A stretch of 64,000 nucleotides of DNA from Squalus acanthias (taxonomy: Eukaryota), in the NCBI GenBank assembly GCA_030390025.1, contig CM059431.1, forward strand, positions 153,638,001-153,702,000, in the 5' to 3' direction. The notes beneath the pieces are model-generated. The model was not told where the DNA came from. It searched no databases and saw nothing but the letters and a program-made list of their open reading frames with translations. Positions 11,001 through 23,445 of the stretch are shown piece by piece. Position 1 is the stretch's first letter. Every line of letters begins with the position of its first letter. The translations under genes and the position numbers were made by a program.

Positions 11001-14000
11001 AGTAGGGTCATCTCATGTAATGCCATTGTAGATTGACAACCAGTAAATTAGTTTACGGTCAGCAACAGTAATGATATAGTTTGTTGACCAAAATTAATGA
11101 TATAGCAGGTTCATCACCAGTAATGTTAGAGTGGAGTCACCACCAGTAATGTTAATGTATGGGCATTACCAATAATCTTAGAGTGTGGTCAAAACCAGCA
11201 CTGTTAGAGTGGAATCAACTCAAGGCTTATTAGAGTACAGTCAGAAACAACAATCTTAGTGCAGAGTCACAATCATTAATGCTGGAGAACAGTCACAATC
11301 ATTAATGTTATAGTAGGGCAACACCAGTAATGTTAGCGAAGAGACACCACCAGTAAGGTTAGAGTAGGTTCATCACCAGTAATGGTAGAGTAGTCTCCAC
11401 ACTAGTAATGTTAGAGTAGGCACACCAGCAGAATTGTTAGATTAGTGTCATCTCCAATAATTATAAATTAGGTACACAACCATTAACTTTACAGAGTACT
11501 CGTCACCAGTAATGTTCAGTCGAGTCACCAGCAGTAATTTTAGGGTAGGGTGATCACAAGTCATGCTAGAGTAGAGTCACGAACAGATGTTTAGGGTGTG
11601 GTCAACACCAGTAATGTTAGACTAGCGTCACCATCAGTAATGATAGAATCTGGTCACCAGCATTAATGTTAGAGCAGAGTAACAACCAGCAATATTAGTG
11701 AATGGTCAAGTCTAGAAATAGTAGCGTGGAGTCAACACCAGTAAAGTAAGAGTAGAGGCACAACATTTAATGATAGAGTGGGGTCACCAATAGTAATGTT
11801 AGAGTAGGGCAAACACCAATAATGTTAGAGAAGGGTCAATATACGTCACGTTGCAGTAGATTCACGACCACTAATGTTATATTGTGTCACCCCCAGTAAT
11901 ATTAGAGTTCAGTCATCACCAGTAATGTTAGAGTAGAATCAACAACAGTAATGTTGGGGTATTTTCACCACCAGTAATGAGGCAGTAGAGTCAAAACCGG
12001 TAATGTTAATGTAGAGTCATCATCAGTATTGGTAAAAGTAATGCTGGAGTAGGGTCACCACCAGTTAATTCAGAGTGCGGTCACATACAGTAATGTTAGA
12101 GTAGAGTCATAATCAGTAATGTTAGAGTAATGAAACCTCAGTAATGTTAGAGTAGAGTCACCACATATAATGTTAGAGTAGGTTGAGCACCAGTATAGTT
12201 AGAGTATGGTAACCACCAGTGAGGCAAAGCAGAGTAACCAAAATTAATGTTAAAGCAGAGTCGTCAACAGTAACGCTAGAATAGGCTCACCACCATTAAT
12301 GTTAGAGTAGGGGCACCACCAATAATGTTACAGTAGGGTTACCAACAGTAATGATAGTGTATACTCACCAACAGTAATGTAAGTGTTTATTCATTCAACA
12401 CTAATGTAAGAGTAGGGTCATCACCAGTAATGTCAGATTAGATTTACAAAAATTCATGTTAAAGTATGGTCCCCATCAGTAATGTTAGGATAGTGTCACC
12501 ACCAGTAACGGTAGATTCGATTCAACACCAGTAATGTTTGAGTAGATACAACTCCAGTAATGTTAGAGTAGATTCACTACCAGTAATGTCAGAGTAGGGT
12601 CAACATCAGTAATGTTACAGTAGGGACATCACCAGTAATGTTAGAGCTGGGTCACAACCAGTAATGTTAGAGAAGTTTCACCACCCGTAATGTAAGAGAA
12701 CGGTCACCAGCAGTAATGTTAGCGTACGGACAAGGACAATAATGTTACAATAAAGTCACCACCATTAATGTTAGACTGGAGTCACCACTAGTAATGTTGA
12801 GTAGGGTCAACACCAGTCAAGTTAGAACAGGGTCACACCAGTAATGTTAGAGTAGGGTCACCACCTGTAATGTTAGAGTAGTGCACCACCTATAATGTTA
12901 CAGTAGGTTAGCACCAGTATATTTAGAGAATGGTATCCACCAGTACTGGTACAGCAGATTAACCAACAGAAATGTAAAAGCAGAGTAATCAACAGAAAGG
13001 TTCGAATAGGCTCAACACCAGTAATGTTAGAGCAGAGTCAACACCAGTAATGTTAGAGAAAGTTCACCGCCAGTAATGTTAGAGCAGAGTCAACACCAGT
13101 AATGTTAGAGTAGTGTCACCACCAATAATGTTACAGAATGGTTACCACTAAAAAAGTTATATTAGGGTCACCACCAGTAATGGTAGATTTGATTCAACAG
13201 CTGTAATGTTAGAATAGAGTCACCAGCTGTAATGATAGAGTAGGGTCATCACTATTAATTTTCGAGATATTTCACCACCAATAATGTTAGATTAGATTCA
13301 CCACCAGTAATGTTAGAGTGGAGTCACCACCAGTAATGTTATAGTAGAGTCACCACCAGTAATGTTAGAGTAGTGTCACCACCAGTAATGTTATATTAGT
13401 GTCACCACCAGTAACGTTAGAGCAGAGTCACCACCAGTAATGTTAGAGTAGCGTCACCACCAGTAATGTTATATTAGTGTCACCACCAGTAATGTTAGAG
13501 CAGAGTCACCACCAGTAATGTTAGATTAGATTCACCACCAGTAAAGTTAGAGTAAATTCGCCACCAGTAATGGAAGAGTAGGTCACCACCAGTAATGTTG
13601 GATTAGGGTCAAAACCACTAATGTTAGAGTAAGATAACCAGCAGTAATGTTACAGAAGGGTCACCAACAGTAATGGTAGAGTAGATCGAACACCAGTAAT
13701 GTTAGAGCAGAGTCACCAGCATTAATGTTAGAGCAGAGTCACCACCAGTAATGTTAGAGTAGAGTCACCACCAGTAATGTTATAGTAGTGTTATCAACAG
13801 TAATGTTAGAGTAGATTCACCATAAGTAATGTTAGAGTAGAATCACAATCCAGTAATGTTAAAGTATAGACACCATATGTAATGTTAGATTAGGGTCTCC
13901 AACATTAATGTTAAAGAAGGGTCAACGCCAGTAATGTTAGAGTAGAATCACAATCCAGTAATGTTGAAGTATAGTCACCATACGTAATGTTAGATTAGGG

Positions 14001-17000
14001 TCTCCACCATTAATGTTAAAGAAGGGTCACCACCAGTAATGTTAGAGTACGGTCAACGCCAGTAATGTTAGAGTAGAGTCACCACCATTAATGTTAGAGG
14101 GGAGTCAACACTACTAATGTTGGAATAGGGTCACCACCAGTAATCTCAGTTTAGATTCACCACCAGTAATGTTTGATTAGAGTCACCACCAGTAATGTTA
14201 GATTAGATTCACCACCAATAATGTTAGAGTAGTTCCAACACCAGTAATTTTAGAGTAGGGTCACCACCAGAAATGTTAGAGCCGTGTCACCCCCAGTATT
14301 GTTAGCGAAAAGACACCACCAGTAATGTTAGTGTAGGGTCGCCACCATTAATGTTAGAGTAGGGGCACCACCAATAATGTTATAGTAGGGTCACCACCAG
14401 TAATGTTAGTTTAGATTCAACGCCTGTAATGTTAGAGTCATTCAACAGCAGTAATGTTAGAGTAGAGTCACCAACTTAAATGTTCGAGCAGATTCACCAC
14501 CAGTAATGTTAGAGTAGAGTCACCACCAGCAGTGTTAGATTAAATTCACGATCAGTAATGTTAGAGTAGTTTCACCACCAGTAATGTTATAGTAGAGTCA
14601 CCAGCAGTAATGTTAGAGTAGAATCACCACCAGTTCTGTTAGAGTAGAGTCACCACCGGTAATGTTAGAGAAGAGTCACTACCAGTAATGTTATAGTAGA
14701 GTCACCACCAGTAATGTTATAGTAGAGTCAACACCAGTAGTGTTAGAGTAGAGTCACCACCAGTAATGTTAGATTAAATTCACCACCAGTAATGTTAGAG
14801 TAGAGTCACCACCAGTAATGTTAGATTAAATTCACCACCAGTAATGTTAGAGTAGAGTCACCACCAGTAATGTTATAGTAGATTCACCACCAGTAATGTT
14901 AGAGTAGCGTCACCACCAGTAATGTTATAGTAGTGTCTCCACCAGTAATGTTAGAGCAGAGTCACCACCAGTAATGTTAGATTAGATTCACCACCAGTAA
15001 TGTTAGAGTAAATTCGCCACCAGTAATGGAAGAGTAGGGTCACCACCAGTAATGTTAGATTAGGGTCAAAACCACTAATGTTAGAGTAAGATAACCAGCA
15101 GTAATGTTACTGAAGGGTCACCAACAGTAATGGTAGAGTAGATCAAACACCAGTAACGTTAGAGCAGCGTCACCAGCATTAATGTCAGAGTAGAGTCACC
15201 ACCAGTAATGTTAGAGTAGATTCAACACCAGTAATGTTATAGTAGTGTTATCAACAGTAATGTTAGAGTAGATTCACCATAAGTAATGTTAGAGTACAAT
15301 CACAATCCAGTAATGTTAAAGTATAGTCACCATACGTAATGTTGGATTAGGGTCTCCACCATTAATGTTAAAGAAGGGTCACCACCAGTAATGTTAGAGT
15401 ACGGTCAACGCCAGTAATGTTAGAGTAGAGTCACCACCATTAATGTTAGAGGGGAGTCAACACTACTAATGTTGGAATAGGGTCACCACCAGTAATCTCA
15501 GTTTAGATTCACCACCAGTAATGTTAGATTAGAGTCACCACCAGTAATGTTAGATTAGATTCACCACCAATAATGTTAGAGTAGATCCAACACCAGTAAT
15601 TTTAGAGTAGAGTCACCACCAGAAAAGTTAGAGCAGTGTCACCCCCAGTATTGTTAGAGAAAAGACACCACCAGTAATGTTATTGTAGGGTCGCCACCAT
15701 TAATGTTAGAGTAGTGTTATCTCCAGTAATGTGAGAGTAGCGATACCAGCAGTAATGTTAGTGTAGGGTCACCACCAGTAATGTTAGAGTAGAGTCACCA
15801 CCAGTAATGTTAGAGTAGAGTCACCACCAGTAATGTTAGAGTAGAGTCACCACCAGTAATGTTAGAGTAGAGTCATCACCAGTAATGTTAGAGTAGGGTC
15901 ACCAACAGAAATGTTAGAGTACAGTCACCACCAGTAATTTTAGCATAGGGTCAACACCAGTAATGTCTGTGTAGGATCATCACCAGAAATGTTAGAGTAG
16001 GGTCACCACCTGTGAAGTTAGAGTAGGGACACCACCAATAATGTAAGAGTAGACTCACCACCATGAATGTTAGAATATGTCCACAACCCGTAACGTTCGA
16101 GTAGGGTCAACAACAGTAATGTTACAATATTTTCTCCACCAGTAATGAGGGGGTAGAGTCAACACCGGCAATGTTTTTGTCGAGTCATCACCAGTATTGG
16201 TAAAAGTAATGCTGGAGTAGGGTCACCACCACTTAATTTGGAAATCGGTCACATACAGTAATGTTAGAGTATTTTCACCATAAGTAATGAGGGAGTAGAG
16301 TCAACACAGGTAATGTTAGTGTAGAGTCATCACAAGTATTGGTAAAGGTAATGCTGGAGTAGGTTCACCACCAGTTAAATTAGAGTGCGGTCGCATACAG
16401 TAATGTTGGAGTAGAGTCATAATCAATAATGTTAGAGTAATGAAACCCCAGTAAATTTGGAGTAGAGTCACCACATATAATGTTAGTGTAGGTTGAGCAC
16501 CAGTATAGATAGAGAATGGTAACCACCAGGAAGGCAGAGCAGCTTAACCACCAGTAATGTGAAAGCAGAGTCATCAACAGTAACGCTACAATAGGCTCAT
16601 CACCATTAAAGTCAGAATAGGGGCACCACCAATAATGTTATAGTAAGGGTCACCACCAGTAATGTTAGTTTAGATTCAACACCTGTAATGTTAGAGTCAT
16701 TCAACAGCAGTAATGTTAGAGTAGAGTCACCAACTTAAATGTTCGAGCAGATTCACCACCAGTAATGTTATAGTAGAGTCACCAGCAGTAATGTTAGAGT
16801 AGAGTAACCACCAGTTCTGTAGAGTAAAGTCACCACCGGTAATGTTAGAGTAGTCTCACCACCAGTAATGTTAGAGTCGGATCAACACCAGTAATGCTAG
16901 AGTAGGGTCACAACCAGTAATCTTAGAGTGAAGTCACCACCAGTAATGTGAGAGTAGAGTCACCTCCAGTAATGTTAGAGTCGGATCAACACCAGTAATG

Positions 17001-18087
17001 TTAGAGTAGGGTCACCACCAGTAATGTTAGAGTAGAGTCACCACCAGTAATGTTAGAGTAGACTCACCACCAGTAATGTTAGAGTAGACTCACCGCCAGT
17101 AATGTTAGAGTAGAGTCACCACCAGTAATTTTAGAATAGGGTCAACACCAGTAATGTTTGTGTAGGATCATCACCAGAAATGTTAGAGTAGAGTCACCAC
17201 CTGTAAAGTTAGAGTAGGGAAACCACCGGTAATGTAAGAGTAGGTTCACCACGTTAGAATAGACTCACCAGCAATAAGGTTAGAGTAGAGGCACCACCAG
17301 TAATGATACAGTAGGGTCACAACCAGTAATGTTATAGTAGAGTCACCACCAGTAATGTTAGAGTTGAGTCACCACCAGTAATGTTAGAGTAGGGTCACCA
17401 CCAGTAATGTTAGAGTAGAGTCACCACCAGTAATGTTAGAGTAGAGTCACCACCAGTAATGTTAGAGTTGAGTCACCACCAGTAATGTTAGAGTAGAGTC
17501 ACCACCAGTAATGTTAGAGTAGAGTCAACACCAGTAATGTTAGAGTAGAGTCACCAACACTAATGTTATAGTAAAGTCACCACCAGTAATGTTGGAGTAG
17601 ACTCACCACCAGTTATATTAGAGTAGAGTCACCACCAGGAATGTTAGTGTAGAGTCACCACCAGTATTATTGGAGTAGAGTCACCACCAGTAATGTTAGA
17701 GTCGGGTCACCACCAGTAATGTTAGAATAGAGTCACCACCAGTAATGTTAGAGTAGAGTCACCAGCAGTAATGTTAGAGTAGGGTCACCACCAGTAATGA
17801 TGCAGTAGGGTCACCACCAGTAATGTTATAGTAGGGCCACCAGCAGTAACGTGAAATTAGATTCACCACCAGTAACGTTAGACTAGATTCAACACCAGTA
17901 ATGAGAGAGTAGGGTTACAACCAGTAATGTTAGTGTATACTCATCACCAGTAATGTAAGTGTTTATTCATCCAACACTAATGTAAGGGTAGGGTCATCAA
18001 CAGTAATGTCAGATTAGATTCACCAAATGTCATGTTAAAGTATGGTCCCCATCAGTAATGTTAAGATAGGGTCACCACCAGTAACGG
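8030..18087 (+). repeat. 26-bp satellite array (~380 units) with higher-order duplications
   Basis: Consensus caccaccagtaatgttagagtagagt. Period of 26 checked at 15781/15807. Confidence 0.97.
9296..9441 (+). mobile_element. Short SINE/LINE 3'-tail insertion (HE1-like) within the satellite
   Basis: ggctcgatgggccgaaatggcct motif and (gattctgt)n tail. Related sequence at ~56935-57075 on the minus strand. Confidence 0.7.
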
Positions 18088-18139
18088 GGATCACGGTACT
18101 TGTGCCCAGTACACTCCATCTGTATGTGTCCCCGTTCAT

Positions 18140-18302
18140 TAATTTGAATTGATGGAGTTTCATGAATTGAGTTGTAAAATGTAACCTTTGGTGGCCCAGG
18201 CACACTGAAGCGGAAAATCTTGCCTTGTTGGTTAAGTGACTGTAACTAACGCCAATTGACGTGTGACTAATATTCTCACCGGGGCACCGAGTTTTCTATA
18301 AA
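18140..18302 (+). promoter_or_regulatory. Putative promoter of GPCR copy 2 (TATAAA at 18297-18302)
   Basis: Homologous to the reverse complement of 5730-5880. Confidence 0.55.
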
Positions 18303-18382
18303 TGGAGAGTGTTTATGGATCGCATGTACACTCTGACGCTAACCATACGGCCGGACAGAAGTCACATATTCTTCTAAAAAAA

Positions 18383-18452
18383 ATGTTGCTGCCAACAATT
18401 CAAATGGTCAGCATCGTTTACTATCCTGCTCTCGCAGCCTTTGACATTCCCG
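18383..18452 (+). pseudogene. GPCR copy 2, coding exon 1
   Basis: MLLPTIQMVSIVYYPALAAFDIP + G|gtaagt, 70 nt, identical structure to copy 1 exon 1. Confidence 0.85.
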
Positions 18453-19287
18453 GTAAGTCAGTGAATCCTGTTGTCTGATGGCTGTTGACTATCTCAGTGT
18501 TAATGATTATGTAATGATTCTCAGAATGTCCTCATTGCAGAGTCACTGATCCATCGGGATAAGTTGGTGAATTTCAGTGGGAATCCAACTAGTCCACGCG
18601 GCTGGTGAGGCTGGTTGGTAGATCGTGGGTGCTGGGCGCTCGCCTTTCCTCCCTGTACTGAGGGAGGGCGAAGCTGACATTCCCCGGCCCCTCCAACAGT
18701 ATAGAGATCACTACAGGATGTGTTGCTTCCTGTGGATAGTAATCACATCAGTTGTACACTTGTACCCTGTTTATTTTACGTTGATAATTGCTCGGACTGC
18801 AGACACCTCCACCCAACAGGGGACTTTGAAAGATACTTTCAGCAATAGTTGCCGCTCCGGAGCTGCTCCACTCCCCTCGGCTGCAAAGAACATTCGCGTC
18901 TCCACCAGCTCCAGCTCTGTTACTGAGCAGCTCCCCCACCCTCCCGGGGCGATTGTGCATAGAAAAAGCGCGGAGTTTCGACCTAAATTCAATGATGTTC
19001 TCGCAACTGAATGCTTCGTTTGAATTTATATCTTTGCAGTAATTGCTGTGAAAATATACTTGATATTTGGCGATGTCTGTCTGAAGTCTGCAGGGATGGG
19101 CGGCGGATTTTCAGTCCCTCTATATTGGTTGTTCAATTTTTTTTTTTTTAAAAAGCTCTTCGTTAACGCTCGGCTATATAATTAAAAATCCGCCTGCATA
19201 GGGACACATCTGCACATTTCCCCACAACATGGTGTGAGATTTATTCGACTGTGCCCGTTACTGACCGCTTGTCCCTCTTTCTTACAC

Positions 19288-20189
19288 CGAACCTACTGAC
19301 AATCGTGATTCTCTCCGGAGGAAAATGTGGTCTATCCAAATGTATCTCTGTCTACATGGTGGCCATGGCAACAGCAGATCTACTGGTCATGATCGTCAAT
19401 GTGCTGCTGTACCGCGTTTTTACATATCACTTTCCAAAGTCATTCCTCAGTTACACTGCCGCCTGTAGGTTGCTTATATACTTGAATGCTGTTGCCCTCG
19501 ATATGTCCGTGTGGTTTACCGTCACCTTCACATTCGACCGCTATGTCGCGATAAGTTGTGAGAAGTTTAAAACGAAATATTGCACAGTCAGAACTGCGGC
19601 CGTCGTCATAACAACGGTCTCTGTTCTGCTCTGGTTGGACAATATCCCCTATTCGTTTGCATATGAAGCTGACCGAATAATTAACAATATTCACTGGGGT
19701 TTGCCGCTTGAAAATTGGCTTTTTTACCACGTCTGCTGGTACAGCATTCATCTGGTTAGAAAGTGTTTTAAGTGTAGGGCTTCCTTTCGCTTTGGTATTA
19801 CTGTTTAATTGTTTGACAGTCAGACGTATTTTAGTGGCCAGTAGAGCCCGCAGGAGTCTCCGGGGTCACAGCACTGAGATTCAGAGCGATCCAGAGATGG
19901 CGAACCGGAGGAAATCCATCATTTTACTGTTCAGTGTAACAGGTAGTTTTTTGGTTTTTGGCTGACATGTATCGTTAGTTATGCAATTAACACCCTGGTA
20001 ATTTTTGATCGTAGCGATTATACATCTCCTGCATACATCGCCTCTGCAAGCGGATTTATGCTCATGTATTTGAGCTCCTGTACAAACACGTGCATTTATG
20101 CAGCGACCCAAACCAGATTCAGGGAAGAGCTGGTGAGATTAGTGAAATCTCCTTGGACATTGATTCTGAACTTGGTTAACAAAATATGA
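19288..20189 (+). pseudogene. GPR139/GPR142-like GPCR copy 2, exon 2 (acceptor AG>AC, two frameshifts)
   Basis: NLLTIVILSGGKCGLSKCISVYMVAMATADLL...FTFDRYVAISC...SCTNTCIYAATQTRFREEL, stop TGA at 20187-20189. Frameshifts at ~19700 and ~19950-19959. Acceptor reads cttacac instead of cttacag. Confidence 0.85.
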
Positions 20190-20377
20190 AGATCAAACCA
20201 GAGCTTCCTATCCTAACTAGAGCTTAATTGCAGATCGTGTTCCGTTTTAGAATGACCTTTTTTTAATTGGGACGAAAACCAGATTATTGTTGCGAAAATG
20301 AACAGGTATCAGGAAACATTTCTTCCATTTTGTGCCGGGTGTTTGATGTCTGCTGCTTTCCCCGGGTGTACATAATC

Positions 20378-22150
20378 GTTTCTAGCTTATCCAAACCCGT
20401 CATAATCTCCTCCACCTCTATCAGATCAGGCCTCAACCTCCTTTGCACTAATGAAAACAAGTCCTGCTTCTCCAACCTGTCCTTGTAGATAAGATCCCCC
20501 ATTCCCGGAACCATTCTGGTACTTTGTCAAACGCCTTCCTAAAACCGATGTCGACAACTTCCATTGCATTCAATCATCAATCCTCTCTGTTACTTCATTT
20601 AAAAATTCAGTTAGATTAATAAAACACCTTCAGCATTTCACAAATCCATGTTGGCTCTCCTTAATAAGCTTAAAACACTCTTAAAGTGCCTGTTAATTTT
20701 TTCCTTGATTATTGTTTCTAAAACTTTCCCCACCACTGATGTTCAGCTGACTGACATGTTGTAACTAGGATTGTCCTTACACCCTTTCTTGAACAATGGT
20801 GTCACATTTGCCACTTTCCAATCCTCGGGCACCTCTCCGCATCTAGGGAAGACTGGAAATTATGGCAAGCCCTTCCGCTATCTCCTCCACCAATTCCCTT
20901 AGCAACCTGGGATGCAAGCCATCTGGACCAGGCGACTTGTCCACTCTAAGTATACCCAGCCCTTTTAGTACATTCTGTCTATTAATTCGCACTCCTTCCA
21001 TTGCTTATAACGTTTCCAAATCTACCGATATTGTGTCAGCATCCACCTCCTGAGTAAACACCTATAAAAGTACTCATTCAATATTCTAGCCTTGCCCTGC
21101 GCCTCTAAGCACATATCGCCTTCTTTGTCTCTGATAGGCCCTACCCCGCCTCTTACTCTTTACATGCCAGTAGAAGATTTTTGTGTTCCCTTTTATGGAA
21201 ACTGCCATTCTACTCTCATATTCTCTCTTTGCCAATCTTACTTTCATCTTCACTTCCCCTCTCAACTTATTGTATTTGGTCTCGTTCTCCCTTGAAGAAT
21301 TCACCTGACATACATCATGAATCCTCTTTTTTTCTTTCATCATCTTCTCTATCTCCCTCGTCATCCAAGGAGCACTTGCTTTGTTTTCCTTACTCTTCCC
21401 TCTTGTTGGAATGTACCTAGCCTGTACTTGTAACATCTCCTCCTTAAAGATAACCCATTGTTCCCTTATATTTTTTCCTGTCAGTCTTACCCTGGCTAGA
21501 ACTTATCGCATCTCATTGAAGTTAGCACTATTCCAGTTTAGAAGTTCTGCTCTAGATTGTTCTTTGCTCCTTTCCATTTTTAATCTAAATCTTATGATAT
21601 GATAATTCCTCGGACCATAGTCTTCTCCTACAGACACTTGGTCGACCTGGCCCATCTCATTCCCCAGCAACAGATCCAGCAATGCCTCCTCCCTAGTTCG
21701 GCCAAAGACATACTGGTCAAGTAAAATCTCCTGAACACATTTCAGAAATTCCTCCCCCACCTTTCCCTTTACCCTATCATTATCCCAATCGATATTTGGG
21801 TGATTAAAGTCGCTCAGTATCACCACTCTATTGCTCTTGCATATCTCTGCGATTTCCCTGCAGATTTGCTCGTCTACCTTCCTCTGACTATTTGGAGGCC
21901 TGCAGAATACTCCCAATAGCGTGATCCTCAACTCTAACCAACTGGTTTCTGTCCTTGTCGCCCGAAGAACATCCTCCCTTTCCACCACTATAATGACTTC
22001 CTTAATCAGCACTGCCACTCCGCCTCCCTTTTTTCCTTCCCTATCTTTTCTGAACAACGTGTACCCTTGAATATTAAGTGGCCTGTCCTCGCCGTTGTTA
22101 AACCACGTTTCCATTATTGCCACAACATCATATTGCCACACAACTATTTG
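20378..22150 (-). mobile_element. CR1 LINE, internally deleted (APE endonuclease to RT)
   Basis: YDVVAIMETW...RKDREGKKGGGVAVLIKE...SDFNHPNIDW...LDLLLGNE in ORF 21503-22273. RT pieces downstream. Confidence 0.9.
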
Positions 22151-22216
22151 AGCCCATCTCTCTGCCAAGCAAGTTGAAACCCACTGAAAGTCGCTGTGAT
22201 ATAAGAAAAGGCGCGA

Positions 22217-22288
22217 GCCCAGATTGCTCAGTCGATGAAACATCAGGCTTTTAATCTGAGGTTCAGGGTTCAAGTTCCTGTACGAACG
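22217..22288 (+). pseudogene. tRNA-Lys(TTT) pseudogene
   Basis: gcccagattgctcagtcgatgaaacatcaggcttttaatctgaggttcagggttcaagttcctgtacgaacg aligns to vertebrate tRNA-Lys(UUU), with stem-breaking substitutions. Confidence 0.85.
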
Positions 22289-22688
22289 CTGCTTTTAAAT
22301 CAAAATTCTCAATTCCACCTTTCAGGCAACCCCCTGAAGCACAATCCGTTCATGCTGATCTCGTTAACGTAATTGAAAGATTTGTCACAGTGCCGCTGCT
22401 TTAAGATACATTGAGCGGTAGTTTCGAGATGATAAATTCCTATTTTCATGCAGCTCCATGAAACACGAGCGTTTCAAGCTGCTCTTCCCTGTTGTCTCAA
22501 TAAAACGTCTTAATATGTGTTGCATATTTGTCACAACCCCTGAATTTTGAAATATATTACATTTTCAAGTATTTACTTACTCTATGTTGAACCGTTGCAA
22601 GTAAACGTATGATTCTTTTGATGGGGTATTTTCTAATGTCACTGCTTTCAAGTGTAAACTTAGATGTTGTCTTCACTGTAAAAATCAG

Positions 22689-22760
22689 CGCCCGACCAGG
22701 GACTTGAAAGCTTAACCCTCAGATTAAAAGTCGGGTACTCGACCGACTGAACTACCCGGT
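22689..22760 (-). pseudogene. tRNA-Lys(TTT) pseudogene
   Basis: Reverse complement accgggtagttcagtcggtcgagtacccgacttttaatctgagggttaagctttcaagtccctggtcgggcg. Confidence 0.8.
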
Positions 22761-23445
22761 ATCATGCCTGTAAGCTATACAGCGACCTTCACTGACTGAC
22801 ATTCAACATTACATCGTTCACATCCTTCTGCACAGATCCCGTCTGTACAGCGCATTTCTCTCACACCCACACTTCACCAATGCCCTGCCCCACCACCACT
22901 GTCTACACACTCTTTAATGTTTTATGTTTTCTGGGGCTGCGTGAGTGAAAGTAAAAATGATAATCGTGAGCGAACTGCTGCTTTAAGGTGAGGGCAAAGA
23001 TGGGAAAAACATGTCAGTAGCAGACCCATTAGGAAATCTTTGCAAATGAACGCAAAGGGAACTGGTGAGCAAGACAGAACACGGACAGGGGGGGAATGCA
23101 AGCAAAGCTTCAAAAGCAACTATGTGCGAAAATGGGAAAAGAGCCGATGAGATCGTTGTCTTTCTTAGAAGAGGCCTCTTGTAGTAATGCTAGACCTTTA
23201 TAAAATACTGCTTAGGCCCCAACTGGAGTATTGTGTCCCAATCTGGGCACCGCACTTTAGGAAGGATGTCGGATAAAGAGGAGATTTACTGGAATGGTTC
23301 CAGGGATGAGGGACTTCAGTTACGTGGGGAGAGGAGAGAAATTGGGTTTGCTCTCCTTCGAGCAGAGAAGGTTAAAAGATTGAGTCCAGGTGTTTAAAAC
23401 GATGAAGAGATTTGATAGACTAAAGAAGGAGAAACTCTTTCCAGT

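Noticed and set aside
8030..18087. CRISPR-like regular short repeats
   Set aside because: Units are head-to-tail with no unique spacers, no cas genes are present, and the context is eukaryotic. This is a satellite.
18625..19023. 132-aa ORF between the GPCR exons
   Set aside because: Intronic, with no recognisable domain and a non-ATG start.
22150..22273. Novel N-terminal extension on the CR1 endonuclease ORF 21503-22273
   Set aside because: Chance read-through into the antisense of a tRNA-Lys pseudogene and its flank.
22217..22760. Functional tRNA genes
   Set aside because: Acceptor, D and T arm mismatches and altered internal promoter boxes indicate pseudogenes.
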